Source: Candidatus Heimdallarchaeota archaeon (GTDB taxonomy: Archaea; Asgardarchaeota; Heimdallarchaeia; JABLTI01). Taken from it: a DNA stretch of 64,000 nucleotides. Of this stretch, positions 20,421 to 29,975 are shown one piece after another (within the stretch, counting starts at the first letter, position 1; every line of letters begins with the position of its first letter). Under the pieces are notes generated by a model. That model did not search any database. It was not told where the DNA came from and was given only the letters and a program-made list of their open reading frames with translations. The stretch is taken from positions 1 through 64,000 of the forward strand of contig JAHLVW010000074.1 of assembly GCA_019058275.1 (NCBI GenBank). The letters run 5' to 3'. The position numbers and the translations under genes were made by a program.

Positions 20421-20703
20421 ATTTCACACCTCTGGATTGTGAGAGTACGAGTAATTCTTTTCTGTTTTAACTCAAAGTTAAACATTACTGTTTTTGCATT
20501 AAATTATGATTTAAAATCTTTTCTTCAGCTTTTTTTACTAAAATCATCTTTAAATATGATTATAAGTTGCTTTTTTGTCTGTTACATAAAATTTTAATCA
20601 GCATTTATTAATTAATTATTTATTAGTTGGGATTAGATAAATGCATATATGCAAAAAGATATTTAGTATACTAATCTGAGACATGCAAAAGTGTGTGCGA
20701 ATC

Positions 20704-21072
20704 ATGGCATCAAGAGTTGAACAGATACATAATATATTAACTAAGCTTAAAGCAGGTCATGATGGTGTTGAAGGCTGTCTTTTAGTTACAGCTCAAGGTT
20801 TACCAATTGATTCTGCTCTAGATAGTAAAGCTGATGAAGATCTTATTTCAGCAATGACTGCAGCTATTTCTTCAGTTTCAGAAAGAGTTACTCAAGAAAT
20901 GGGAAAGGGTCAGATTAATAATATTTCAATTCTCGGTGACTATGGTTATATAATATTACTTGATGTTGCTGCAAGGGCAGTATTAACAGTACTTGCGAAA
21001 ACAGATGCTAACCTGGGTTTAATTTTTCTACTTGCAAAGAAATCTTGTAATCAACTTGCAGAATTGATTTAA
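20704..21072 (+). CDS. Roadblock/LC7 domain protein
   Basis: LVTAQGLPIDS, ISAMTAA and NLGLI motifs. Confidence 0.92.
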   Translation: MASRVEQIHNILTKLKAGHDGVEGCLLVTAQGLPIDSALDSKADEDLISAMTAAISSVSERVTQEMGKGQINNISILGDYGYIILLDVAARAVLTVLAKTDANLGLIFLLAKKSCNQLAELI

Positions 21073-21083
21073 GTTTATTTCTC

Positions 21084-21383
21084 TCATAAACTAGTTCCAT
21101 CTAAATCATCATCTGATGGAGTCAATTTTTTTAATCTTTTAAACAGCTCTAAGAATTCTACGCCATTTGGTGAAATTCTGTAAATAGTCAAACCTTCATC
21201 TTCATCTTCAAAAATCAGATTTCTAGCAAGTAAAAATAATAGAATTGGTTTTGCTCTATCAACTGGTAGGTTAGCTGCTCTTGAAATTCTTGTTAATGGC
21301 AAATCTGATTGATAATAAATAATATTTAAAATTTCATTGTAAATCTCATATTTTGATCTTCTTAAGCTTGATCTTCTAGACAT
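21084..21383 (-). CDS. Winged-HTH protein
   Basis: RRSKYEIYNEIL...TRISRAANL...YRISPNG. Confidence 0.8.
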   Translation of the reverse strand: MSRRSSLRRSKYEIYNEILNIIYYQSDLPLTRISRAANLPVDRAKPILLFLLARNLIFEDEDEGLTIYRISPNGVEFLELFKRLKKLTPSDDDLDGTSL

Positions 21384-21505
21384 AAAGCAACACTACACAG
21401 TTTTGTTTCTTTTTTATGAAATAGCTTTATTATACTATAAATATTTTTTATCATTATTGAATGGTGCTCTTAGGATGATTCGGGTAAATTTCAGGTGATT
21501 TTGCA

Positions 21506-21781
21506 ATGAAATTCTTTGTTTATATGGTTACTTGTTCAGATGGAACAATTTATACTGGTTATACAAAAGACATAGTGGAAAGAATTTCTCAGCATAATAA
21601 AGGTAAACATGGCGCTCGATATACAAGAACTAGAAGACCTGTAAAACTCGATTATGTTGAAATATTAGATAATCAAAAAGAAGCTATTTTTAGGGAACGT
21701 GAAATCAAGAAATTGTCTCGAGATAAAAAACTTGAATTAATCAAGCAGTATAAAGAAAATTCTCATACAAGTTCAAGCTAG
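21506..21781 (+). CDS. GIY-YIG nuclease (UPF0213)
   Basis: FVYMVTCSDGTIYTGYT, R..HN.G.GARYTR.RRPV and REREIK motifs. Confidence 0.92.
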   Translation: MKFFVYMVTCSDGTIYTGYTKDIVERISQHNKGKHGARYTRTRRPVKLDYVEILDNQKEAIFREREIKKLSRDKKLELIKQYKENSHTSSS

Positions 21782-21798
21782 CAATATTTGGTTTATTT

Positions 21799-22425
21799 TT
21801 ATTTTATTATACGATACAAATCAACCACTGTCATATGTTTCTCTTTTTTATGGAATTCAAATTGATGTTTTATTTCAAAATCCATTTGGATTATTTTATC
21901 AATTTCAGCATCAAATTCCTTGCAAAATTCTTTGAAAAACTCTCGAGTTTTATCTGCATAAGGAATAATTGTGTAAACTATTTTTGTTAAACTCAATGCT
22001 ACTTCGATGAAAGTTCGATCTCTTGAAATACTTTCTTTTCGCATCCCAAAGGGTGGATTCATAATTACAGTATCAATGTTTTTTAATTTGCAGTTTTCAA
22101 CATTCATACAGATCCAATTACATTTGTCTTCCAAACTAAAATTTATGCTGTTTCTTTTAGCGATAATTATTGAATCACAATCAATATCAACCCCAGTTAC
22201 TTCTTTAGCTCCCATATAAGCTGCACCTAAGGCTAAAGTACCAGTTCCACATCCTAAATCAAAGATTTTTTTTCCTGTTATATCATCATTTTCAACACCT
22301 GCAAACCAGAGCATGTTTGCTGCTACTCGAGAAGGTGTAGGATATTGCTCTAATTCTAATTTTGGTTCAGTTACTTTTTCTAATTGTTCAAGAAATATCT
22401 CGAGATCTTTACGTTTTACTCGCAA
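21799..22425 (-). CDS. METTL5-family RNA methyltransferase
   Basis: LELEQYPTP, DLGCGTG, MNPPFG and FHKK motifs. Confidence 0.92.
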   Translation of the reverse strand: MRVKRKDLEIFLEQLEKVTEPKLELEQYPTPSRVAANMLWFAGVENDDITGKKIFDLGCGTGTLALGAAYMGAKEVTGVDIDCDSIIIAKRNSINFSLEDKCNWICMNVENCKLKNIDTVIMNPPFGMRKESISRDRTFIEVALSLTKIVYTIIPYADKTREFFKEFCKEFDAEIDKIIQMDFEIKHQFEFHKKEKHMTVVDLYRIIK

Positions 22426-22506
22426 CTAAACCACCCATAATTATACAAGTTGAAGTATTAAATAAAAGGAATTCTTAAGGGGTTTGTAACCCTTTAAGAA
22501 ACTAAA

Positions 22507-23832
22507 TTATATGAATTCTTTGAATCCAGTTCTGAAATTTATACCAGCATAAACTGCTTTAGAACCTAACTTATCTGAAATGCGAAGTAATTGGTTATAC
22601 TTTGCAGTTCGTTCCCCACGAGCAATTGAACCTGCTTTTATCTGACCATTACAAAGACCAACAGATAAGTCCGCAATGCTTGTATCTTCGGTTTCTCCAC
22701 TTCTATGTGAAACTACTACTGAATAATTGTTATCCCAACACATTTTCGCAGCAGCTATTGCTTCTGTAATTGTACCAATTTGATTTATTTTGAGAAGTAG
22801 TGAGTTTATTGATTCCTTTTCAATTGCTATTGCTAAACGCTTTGTATTGGTAACTGTAAGATCATCTCCTACAATTTGTACTTTGTCATCAACTTTCTTG
22901 CGTAATTCAGCAAAACCAGAAAATGATTCTTCGTCAAATGGATCTTCAATACTAACGATAGGATATGTTTGAATCAAATCATACCAATAGTCTACAAGTT
23001 CTCCTTCTGATAAAATTTTATCGTCAATATGATACTTCCCATCCTTAAAGAACTCAGCAGCTGCAGGATCTAGAGCAAAGCATATCTCATCTTTTACCTT
23101 ATAACCTGCTTCTTTGGTAGCACCTACTAGTAAGTCCATTGCTTCTTGACTAGTATCGACTGGTGAACCAAAACCTCCTTCATCTCCAACATTTGTCACA
23201 GAAGGACCATATTTCTTTTTGAGTATTTTCTTGAGAACTTGGTAAATCTCAGAAATAGAACGTAAAGCTTCACGAAAGTCTGTAAAACCTAAGGGCATTA
23301 TCATAAACTCTTGTGGAGCGAGTTTTCCACCAGCATGTTTTCCTCCATTAATGACATTGGCCATTGGTGCTGGTAATTGAAATTTTGTTCCTTTTTTATT
23401 ATAAGCAAGAGTAAAGAGTTGCTCATACAAAGGGATGTCTTCTATTTTTGCTGCTAATTTACAGCAGGCTAAAGATACACCTAAAGTAGCGTTAGCTCCC
23501 AATTTTGCTTTATTTGGAGTGCCATCTAATTCTAGCATGAGCTTATCTAGAGTATGGACATCACGAACATCCTTACCTTTCAATAGAGGTAGAATTTTCT
23601 CTTGGGCATTTTTGATAGCTTTAAGAACTCCCTTACCAAGAAAGCGATTTCTATCCTTATCTCGTAACTCGAGAGCTTCATTACTACCTGTACTAGCTCC
23701 TGAAGGAACTAATGCACGTGCCTTATATTTAGAATCAGTATGCACTTCTACCTCAATTGTAGGATTTCCTCTCGAGTCAAAAACCTCTCGAGCAACAATT
23801 TTTTGAATTTTACAAATGTCATCAGAACTCAT
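22507..23832 (-). CDS. eno: Enolase
   Basis: DSRGNPTIEVE, VPSGASTG, VGDEGGF and SHRSGETED motifs. Confidence 0.98.
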   Translation of the reverse strand: MSSDDICKIQKIVAREVFDSRGNPTIEVEVHTDSKYKARALVPSGASTGSNEALELRDKDRNRFLGKGVLKAIKNAQEKILPLLKGKDVRDVHTLDKLMLELDGTPNKAKLGANATLGVSLACCKLAAKIEDIPLYEQLFTLAYNKKGTKFQLPAPMANVINGGKHAGGKLAPQEFMIMPLGFTDFREALRSISEIYQVLKKILKKKYGPSVTNVGDEGGFGSPVDTSQEAMDLLVGATKEAGYKVKDEICFALDPAAAEFFKDGKYHIDDKILSEGELVDYWYDLIQTYPIVSIEDPFDEESFSGFAELRKKVDDKVQIVGDDLTVTNTKRLAIAIEKESINSLLLKINQIGTITEAIAAAKMCWDNNYSVVVSHRSGETEDTSIADLSVGLCNGQIKAGSIARGERTAKYNQLLRISDKLGSKAVYAGINFRTGFKEFI

Positions 23833-23886
23833 TTTTGTTATCACCAATAAATACCCTTATTATTTTATCATTAGTTAAGAAAAATA

Positions 23887-24024
23887 TGGTGCGGAGGGCG
23901 CGATTTGAACACACGTACCTCTACAGGAGTGGATTTCCTATAAATTCTGGCCCTATGGAGTACCTAACCTACTTGATCAGGGATCTTAAGTCCACCGCCG
24001 TTGACCTAGCTGGGCTACCTCCGC
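23887..24024 (-). tRNA. tRNA-Leu(TAA) with a 50-nt intron at 37/38 (23935-23984)
   Basis: GCGGAGG/CCTCCGC-A-CCA; GTGGA/TCCAC stem; long variable arm; BHB helix CTTA/TAGG. Confidence 0.92.
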
Positions 24025-24238
24025 ACGAGTTTTTGGTCATTGGCATTTACTTTTTGTAAGCTCTTTTGTTTTAAAGTTTTGTGTTTTATAGCGATTATTC
24101 AGCAAGTTTTACATTTCCAGTAAGTATTTCGATCATGTGGCCGGTAAATGTGGTCTTCCCATGTAATAAGAAACTAATAATAAACGAGAAAAGAATTATA
24201 TTAATAAAAATGAATAGATGAAAACTCACTTGAAAACT

Positions 24239-24350
24239 ACTGGAGTAGCCTAGCCTGGCAGGGCGGTGGTCTCGAAATTCGTTTTTCAAACTACTCGAGA
24301 TAACCACTGCGTGTGAACGCTCGGGGGTTCGAATCCCCTCTCCAGTACCA
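24239..24350 (+). tRNA. tRNA-Ser(CGA) with a 25-nt intron (24277-24301)
   Basis: ACTGGAG/CTCCAGT-A-CCA; GTGGT/ACCAC stem; BHB helix CTCG/CGAG; variable arm GCGT-GTGA-ACGC. Confidence 0.9.
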
Positions 24351-24496
24351 TTTACTCTTTTATCTCAAGATAAAAACTGTCTAATATTAAATCCTTATTA
24401 TAAATTAGAAAAGGAGTAGTATCGCAAGCAGAAGTTCACCAAACTTTGCTTTACTTGCTTGGGTTTTGGGATTTTCGAATAAATAACTTCAGCGGG

Positions 24497-24811
24497 TTAT
24501 CGTGACAACTCTATTTCCACATGAATGTCTTCTGGCATTTTTACACGCATAATTTGCTTTAGTGTGCGTTCCTCTGCATCTATGTCTATGAGTCTTTTAT
24601 GTATTCTCATTTCATAGTGTGCAAAAGTTTGTGTTCCGTTTCCACAAGGAGACTTTCTTACTGGAACTGTGATTATTTTTGTTGGTAGAGGGATTGGTCC
24701 AGACATTCTTACACCAGTTCTTTCTGCAATTTTACTTACTTGACCACATATTCGAGCTAATGATTCTTTGTTTTGACCGCTTAGTCTTATTCTTGCACGT
24801 TGTGCGGACAT
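24497..24811 (-). CDS. rps10: Ribosomal protein uS10
   Basis: [17 protein letters not shown] and [10 protein letters not shown] motifs. Confidence 0.97.
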   Translation of the reverse strand: MSAQRARIRLSGQNKESLARICGQVSKIAERTGVRMSGPIPLPTKIITVPVRKSPCGNGTQTFAHYEMRIHKRLIDIDAEERTLKQIMRVKMPEDIHVEIELSR

Positions 24812-24987
24812 TTTCTTAAATTCCTATATTTTTGGTATCTTCTTCTGCTTTTCTTCTCTTTTAAAAAATTTTGCATTAAAATTATACTGTTGTTTGATTT
24901 TTTTCTAAAATTATATCAGAAAATTTCACTTTTCTGTGTTTTTTAAGAAAATTACTATTTTATTAAATTACTTTTCTCCATAATACT

Positions 24988-26796
24988 ATGGAGTTAATTA
25001 TGATAATTGATAATGTCATGAAAAATAAACATACTTTAAAATGTCAAAGTTATGACTATACTATCAAAAGAATTGTTTCTGCCTTTGATAAAATGGGTAT
25101 AAATCTTCGAATAAAAAAACCAATAAGAAATTCAAAAGTAAATTCTTATTACTATAAAACTGATTTACCTGAACTTAATTTTACTACTCACGGAAAAGGA
25201 ACTACAAGAAAACAGGCATTAGCATCAGCTTTGGGTGAAATGGTTGAGAGGTTTTCAGCTAATTTACATTTCAAATTTTTTTATCCCGACTATAATTTGA
25301 TAGACAATGAACTAATTTTACAGTTTGTAAATGGCAAACACTTGCATGGATACATTAACATACATCAAAATAAATTGAAAGATAAAATTTCTATTGAAGA
25401 TCTCTTTAGAAATTATAAAGGCGACTTATCTGAAAACCAGATAAACAAAATTAAAAACATGGATATGGCACAACACTGGGTAGATGGCTATTCTTTACTA
25501 TCAAATAAAATTGTAAAAGTACCTATCAGATTATTAAAAATTCTAAATACATCAAATGGATTAGCTGCTGGGAATATGATCATAGAGGCAATTGTTCAAG
25601 CTTCATGTGAGATATTTGAACGGTATAGTTTGATTGAGATTATAAAGAACAAACTTATTCTGCCTACTTTTGATAAAAATACCATAAAAGACAAAACTAT
25701 AAATAAAATGATAAAGAATTATGAAAAAAATAACATAAAAATAATGGTTAAAGATTTTTCACTTGATAACCTGTTACCAGTAGTAGGCGTTATTTTCATT
25801 AATGAAAATATTCAAGATAAGAATTCATTAAACTATCAATTTGAACATATAAGATTGAGTTTTGGGGCTTCGTTTAATTTACATGAAGCAATTAAAAGAT
25901 GTTTTACTGAAAGAATTGCAGGTTCTACCTTATTTTCCCTTAAAAGGGGTCATACAAGAATATTTGAGAAAAATCTCATAAAAGGATTAAAACCTGAAAT
26001 TACAATTAAAGAATCTTATGGTGAGCTATTAAGAAAAGCTCGTTATAATGGTGATAAATCTTTTTTGTGTGAAGGACCAATAATTTCATTTCCTAGATAT
26101 AATGAAGATTATAACTTCCTAACAAATATTGAAAATATTAAAAGAATTTGTAGAAAATTGAACACAGATTTTGTTGTAATAAACCATACACATCCAACAT
26201 TGCAGTTTCCAACAGTAAGAGTAATAATACCAGGATATTCTGATGTTTTAAATTATTATGATTTCAGATTTAATGATTTAATTAATGTTTTAAAGTATGG
26301 AATTACAAAAAGTAAATTAATTAAATTGTTTACCAGAAATGATTGGGTTGATGATAAGGAAAATCTTGAAATTTTAGAGAATACTATTTTGGATAGTTAT
26401 ATTCGAAATTGTGAAATGGATTTGATTACTAAAAGTAATGAGTTGAACAGTTTAAAGAAAGGTATACTGATTTTAATTTCGATTTATTATAATGCTAAAG
26501 ATTTTGAGAAATTCAAAGTTGCTACAAAATTTGCTTCTATTAGTCTAAATAAAAAGCTGAGAATAAAATTCCGATATTTGTATTATTTGATAAACTATTA
26601 CTTAAAAACTAGAGATGCAGATGTGTTAACCCTTATTGATAATTATTATAAAAAATTGAAAGGGTGTGAAAAATATCTTTATTCAATCCCCAAGAAGAAT
26701 CCTTTTGTGACATGGTGCGATGAAGAATGTGAAAGGCAGTGTGAAAAGAGATATTTATCTACTCTGAATGAAGTATTACAGAGTTTTTTTGTATAA
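24988..26796 (+). CDS. YcaO-family ATP-dependent amide-modifying enzyme with a C-terminal extension
   Basis: GKGTT..QALASALGEMVER, SNGLAAGN..EA...CEIFER, RCFTE and VRVIIPGYSD motifs. Confidence 0.92.
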   Translation: MELIMIIDNVMKNKHTLKCQSYDYTIKRIVSAFDKMGINLRIKKPIRNSKVNSYYYKTDLPELNFTTHGKGTTRKQALASALGEMVERFSANLHFKFFYPDYNLIDNELILQFVNGKHLHGYINIHQNKLKDKISIEDLFRNYKGDLSENQINKIKNMDMAQHWVDGYSLLSNKIVKVPIRLLKILNTSNGLAAGNMIIEAIVQASCEIFERYSLIEIIKNKLILPTFDKNTIKDKTINKMIKNYEKNNIKIMVKDFSLDNLLPVVGVIFINENIQDKNSLNYQFEHIRLSFGASFNLHEAIKRCFTERIAGSTLFSLKRGHTRIFEKNLIKGLKPEITIKESYGELLRKARYNGDKSFLCEGPIISFPRYNEDYNFLTNIENIKRICRKLNTDFVVINHTHPTLQFPTVRVIIPGYSDVLNYYDFRFNDLINVLKYGITKSKLIKLFTRNDWVDDKENLEILENTILDSYIRNCEMDLITKSNELNSLKKGILILISIYYNAKDFEKFKVATKFASISLNKKLRIKFRYLYYLINYYLKTRDADVLTLIDNYYKKLKGCEKYLYSIPKKNPFVTWCDEECERQCEKRYLSTLNEVLQSFFV

Positions 26797-27047
26797 CCAT
26801 ATTACTAAGTAGTTAACTATAAGCATTATACATAGCTTTAAGGTTACAATATAGCTAAAAAATTCAATCAAATAGTAACAAGTTTAGTTATAAAAGTAAA
26901 ATTTCTCTGAAAAGATTCATTATTTGTTAATTTTCTTTCAACATAAAGGAAAAGCTTTTATGAGCATTCTTAGGAAAGCAGAAACCCAGCGGTATAGTCC
27001 TATGTTAAATACCGACTACTATCTAAAAAAATTTAGAAGGCTTTGAA

Positions 27048-28043
27048 ATGGGTCATCGTAAAAAAAATGCGCCACACCAAGGTTCACTCTCCTTCAGAAG
27101 AGTTCGTGCTAAAACTCAGAAGGGGAAAGTTCGTTCCTGGCCTACCTGGGATAGCAACCCCAAGCTTTTAGGATTTGCAGGGTTCAAAGCCGGCATGACG
27201 CACGTTACTGTTATTGAAAACAGAAAGAGCAGTCCAATGTTCAATCAAGAACGGATTGTTCCTGTAACTATTTTGGAATGCCCTCCTCTCAAAGTGATTG
27301 GTATTCGTGGGTATTATTATACCTCAGAAGGTCTTCAAATTGCTGCTGAAGCACTTATTAAAGATCTTCCTGAAGAACTTGCTAGGAAAATGATTATTCC
27401 TAAGAAGTATAAAGCCACTTCACGCCTAAAAACCCTACAAGAGCGTCTAGGGTCAATTTATGAATTGAGAGTAATAGCAATTACGAATCCTAAAGAAGCA
27501 AAACTTCCTCGTAAGAAACCTGATATCCTCGAGATAAAAGTAGGTTCTAAAGATATGAAGGAAGGTTTTGAATTCGCTAAGTCCCTGTTAGGGAAGACTG
27601 TTACTGTTGATACAGTCTTTGAAACAGGCGAATTTGTGGACACAATTGGTGTAACCAAAGGTAAAGGCATACAAGGGCCTGTAAAACGTTTTGGAATTAA
27701 GATCTTGTCCCGTAAGACAAGAGGTGTTAAACGTAAACCTGGAGCACTTGGTCCATGGCGTCCGGCTAGAACTATGTATACCGTAGCACATCAAGGTCAA
27801 CATGGTTACCATCAAAGAACTGAGTACAACAAACTTATTTTGAAAGTTGGTACTAAAGAGGAGAATATTACTCCTGCTGGTGGTTTCAAAAAGTATGGTT
27901 TTGTTAATAATGACTTCGTTCTTATGAAAGGCAGTGTTCAAGGACCTGCTAAACGACTTATTACTTTGCGAAATCCAATCAGAGGTAAGAATAAGACTTC
28001 TGTCCCTGAAATTGTACAGATTTCTTTGACTAGTAAAATGTAG
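27048..28043 (+). CDS. rpl3: Ribosomal protein uL3
   Basis: GFAGFKAGMTH, TKGKGIQGPVKRFG and GQHGYHQRTEYNK motifs. Confidence 0.98.
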   Translation: MGHRKKNAPHQGSLSFRRVRAKTQKGKVRSWPTWDSNPKLLGFAGFKAGMTHVTVIENRKSSPMFNQERIVPVTILECPPLKVIGIRGYYYTSEGLQIAAEALIKDLPEELARKMIIPKKYKATSRLKTLQERLGSIYELRVIAITNPKEAKLPRKKPDILEIKVGSKDMKEGFEFAKSLLGKTVTVDTVFETGEFVDTIGVTKGKGIQGPVKRFGIKILSRKTRGVKRKPGALGPWRPARTMYTVAHQGQHGYHQRTEYNKLILKVGTKEENITPAGGFKKYGFVNNDFVLMKGSVQGPAKRLITLRNPIRGKNKTSVPEIVQISLTSKM

Positions 28044-28057
28044 GAGGATGCAATGGA

Positions 28058-28882
28058 ATGAAAACTAAAATTTATGGAGCAATAGGTTTAGCTAAGAAAG
28101 CAAGGGTTAATCTTCCCGGAGTTTTCGAAACAACTTATCGTCCGGATCTCATTAAAAGAGCTGTTTTGGCTGTCCAAAGTACAAAAAGACAACCAAAAGC
28201 TACTAAATACCAAGCTGGTTGGTCAGTAGCTAGTAGCTGGGGTACGGGTAGAGGTGCTGCAAGAACTCCAAGAACTCACGGAAGAAGAACTCATCATTCT
28301 CAAAGAGGTGCTCTTGTTAATTATACCGTTGGTGGTAGAGTTGCTCATCCACCTAGAGCTGAAAAGCGTATTGTTGAAGGTATAAATAAGAAAGAGCGTA
28401 GATTTGCAATCCGAAGTGCTATTGCTGCTACTTCTAACAAAGATTTAGTTGTAGGCAGAGGCCATCGAGCTGAGAATTTTGAATTATTACCCTTAGTCTT
28501 TGAAGATGCAATACACGATAAGATAATAAAAACAAAAGACGCTGTTGAATTGCTTACGAAAATTGGCTTAATTACTGACATCAACCGAGCTAAAGATGGA
28601 AGAAAAATACGAGCTGGCAAAGGTAAAGGTCGTGGTAGGAAATACAAACAACCTGTAGGACCATTGATTGTTATTGATAGACAATCAAGCTTTTGTAAAG
28701 CAGTTAGAAACCTTCCTGGGGTTGAAGTAGTTCATGTGAAGTATTTAAATTCAGAAATGCTCGCACCTGGTACACATGCAGGTCGGTTAACAGTTTGGAT
28801 GGAAAAAACTATTGATGAGATTGATTCCATTTATCCAGCTAAAACCAAAACTGCAACCAAGAGAACTACTGCTACAAAATAG
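28058..28882 (+). CDS. rpl4: Ribosomal protein uL4
   Basis: SWGTGRGAARTPR, IRAGKGK.RGR and LAPGTHAGRLT motifs. Confidence 0.98.
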   Translation: MKTKIYGAIGLAKKARVNLPGVFETTYRPDLIKRAVLAVQSTKRQPKATKYQAGWSVASSWGTGRGAARTPRTHGRRTHHSQRGALVNYTVGGRVAHPPRAEKRIVEGINKKERRFAIRSAIAATSNKDLVVGRGHRAENFELLPLVFEDAIHDKIIKTKDAVELLTKIGLITDINRAKDGRKIRAGKGKGRGRKYKQPVGPLIVIDRQSSFCKAVRNLPGVEVVHVKYLNSEMLAPGTHAGRLTVWMEKTIDEIDSIYPAKTKTATKRTTATK

Positions 28883-28895
28883 GAGTTGAAGTTAC

Positions 28896-29165
28896 ATGAG
28901 TGAAGAAAATCTTTACAAGATTATTTTGGCACCTTATAGTAGCGAAAGAATTTTTGAGCTAATTGAAAGCCAAAACAAATTAGCGTTTATTGTTAATTTG
29001 AAGGCTAACAAGACTACGATCAAGCAAGCTATTGAGAAGTTGTATAATGTGAAGGTTATCAAAATTAATACTATGATAACACCTTCAGGTAAGAAAAAAG
29101 CAATTGTAAGATTGGACCCAACAAATAGTGCAGTCGATCTTGCAACTGCGCTCGGATTAATGTAA
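28896..29165 (+). CDS. rpl23: Ribosomal protein uL23
   Basis: NKLAFIV..KANK..IK.AIE.LY.VKV..INT and GKKKAIVRL motifs. Confidence 0.97.
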   Translation: MSEENLYKIILAPYSSERIFELIESQNKLAFIVNLKANKTTIKQAIEKLYNVKVIKINTMITPSGKKKAIVRLDPTNSAVDLATALGLM

Positions 29166-29176
29166 GGTGGTAAACA

Positions 29177-29899
29177 ATGGGAAAAAGAATTTTAGTCCAA
29201 AGAAGAGGACGCGGTGGTCAACAATTTAGAGCAAATACCCACAAACGAAGAGGTCCTGTAAGGTACCCACAATTAACGGCAGAGGATTACAAGAAAGACG
29301 TCATTGAAATGGAAGTCATCGAATTACTCCATGATCCAGGTAGAGGTGCTCCTGTTATGAGAGTCAAAGAAGCAGATGGATCAAAGCATCTATTGTTAGC
29401 TCCTGAAGGAATCCAAGTAAGTCAAACCATTTACAAAGGACCAAGTGCTCCAGTACAAATTGGAACAATAAAACCGTTGAAGAATATACCAGATGGTACT
29501 TACATTCACAACATTGAACTTAGACCCGGTGATGGAGGAGCAATGGTACGCTCATCAGGCGCTTTTTCAACAATTGTATCACATAGTCGAAAGAAAGTTT
29601 TTTGCCAAATGCCAAGTGGTGAATTGAAACAATTTAACCCAAGATCTCGAGCAACTATTGGTATAGTTGCTGGTGGTGGTAGAATTGAAAAACCATTCCT
29701 CAAGGCAGGTGCAAAACACCATAACTTAAGGGCAAAAGGTCGTAAGTATCCAATAGTTCGAGGAAATGCTATGAATGCTGTCAGCCATCCTCATGGTGGT
29801 GGCAGTGGCACAAGAACTGTCTCGAGAAACGCACCTCCAGGTGCAAAAGTTGGATTGATAGCCGCAAGACAATCTGGTCGTAAAAGAGGAAGAAAGTAA
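29177..29899 (+). CDS. rpl2: Ribosomal protein uL2
   Basis: MGKRILVQRRGRG, HDPGRGAP and VRGNAMNAVSHPHGGG motifs. Confidence 0.98.
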   Translation: MGKRILVQRRGRGGQQFRANTHKRRGPVRYPQLTAEDYKKDVIEMEVIELLHDPGRGAPVMRVKEADGSKHLLLAPEGIQVSQTIYKGPSAPVQIGTIKPLKNIPDGTYIHNIELRPGDGGAMVRSSGAFSTIVSHSRKKVFCQMPSGELKQFNPRSRATIGIVAGGGRIEKPFLKAGAKHHNLRAKGRKYPIVRGNAMNAVSHPHGGGSGTRTVSRNAPPGAKVGLIAARQSGRKRGRK

Positions 29900-29975
29900 T
29901 TCTTACCCTCTTATTTTCTTTTATTTTTTCATTTAAAACTATGTAGGAAATGAATTTGAGATAATAAAAACGAGA

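Noticed and set aside
21506-21781. GIY-YIG gene as a homing endonuclease or mobile element
   Set aside because: Short stand-alone UPF0213 type with no DNA-binding extension and no intron or intein context.
23935-23984. Nested intron within the 50-nt tRNA-Leu intron
   Set aside because: Only a simple hairpin (CCCTG/TAGGG, AGTA/TACT) is visible; no second convincing BHB.
4523-26796. Peptide pair as substrates of the YcaO
   Set aside because: They are 20 kb apart with no linkage, and the conserved tail has no Cys/Ser/Thr. It cannot be excluded but is unsupported.
26990-27014. CGGTAT/ATACCG hairpin as a ribosomal-operon leader (also the GCAAG/CTTGC stem after rps10)
   Set aside because: Short stems with no comparative support available from this window.
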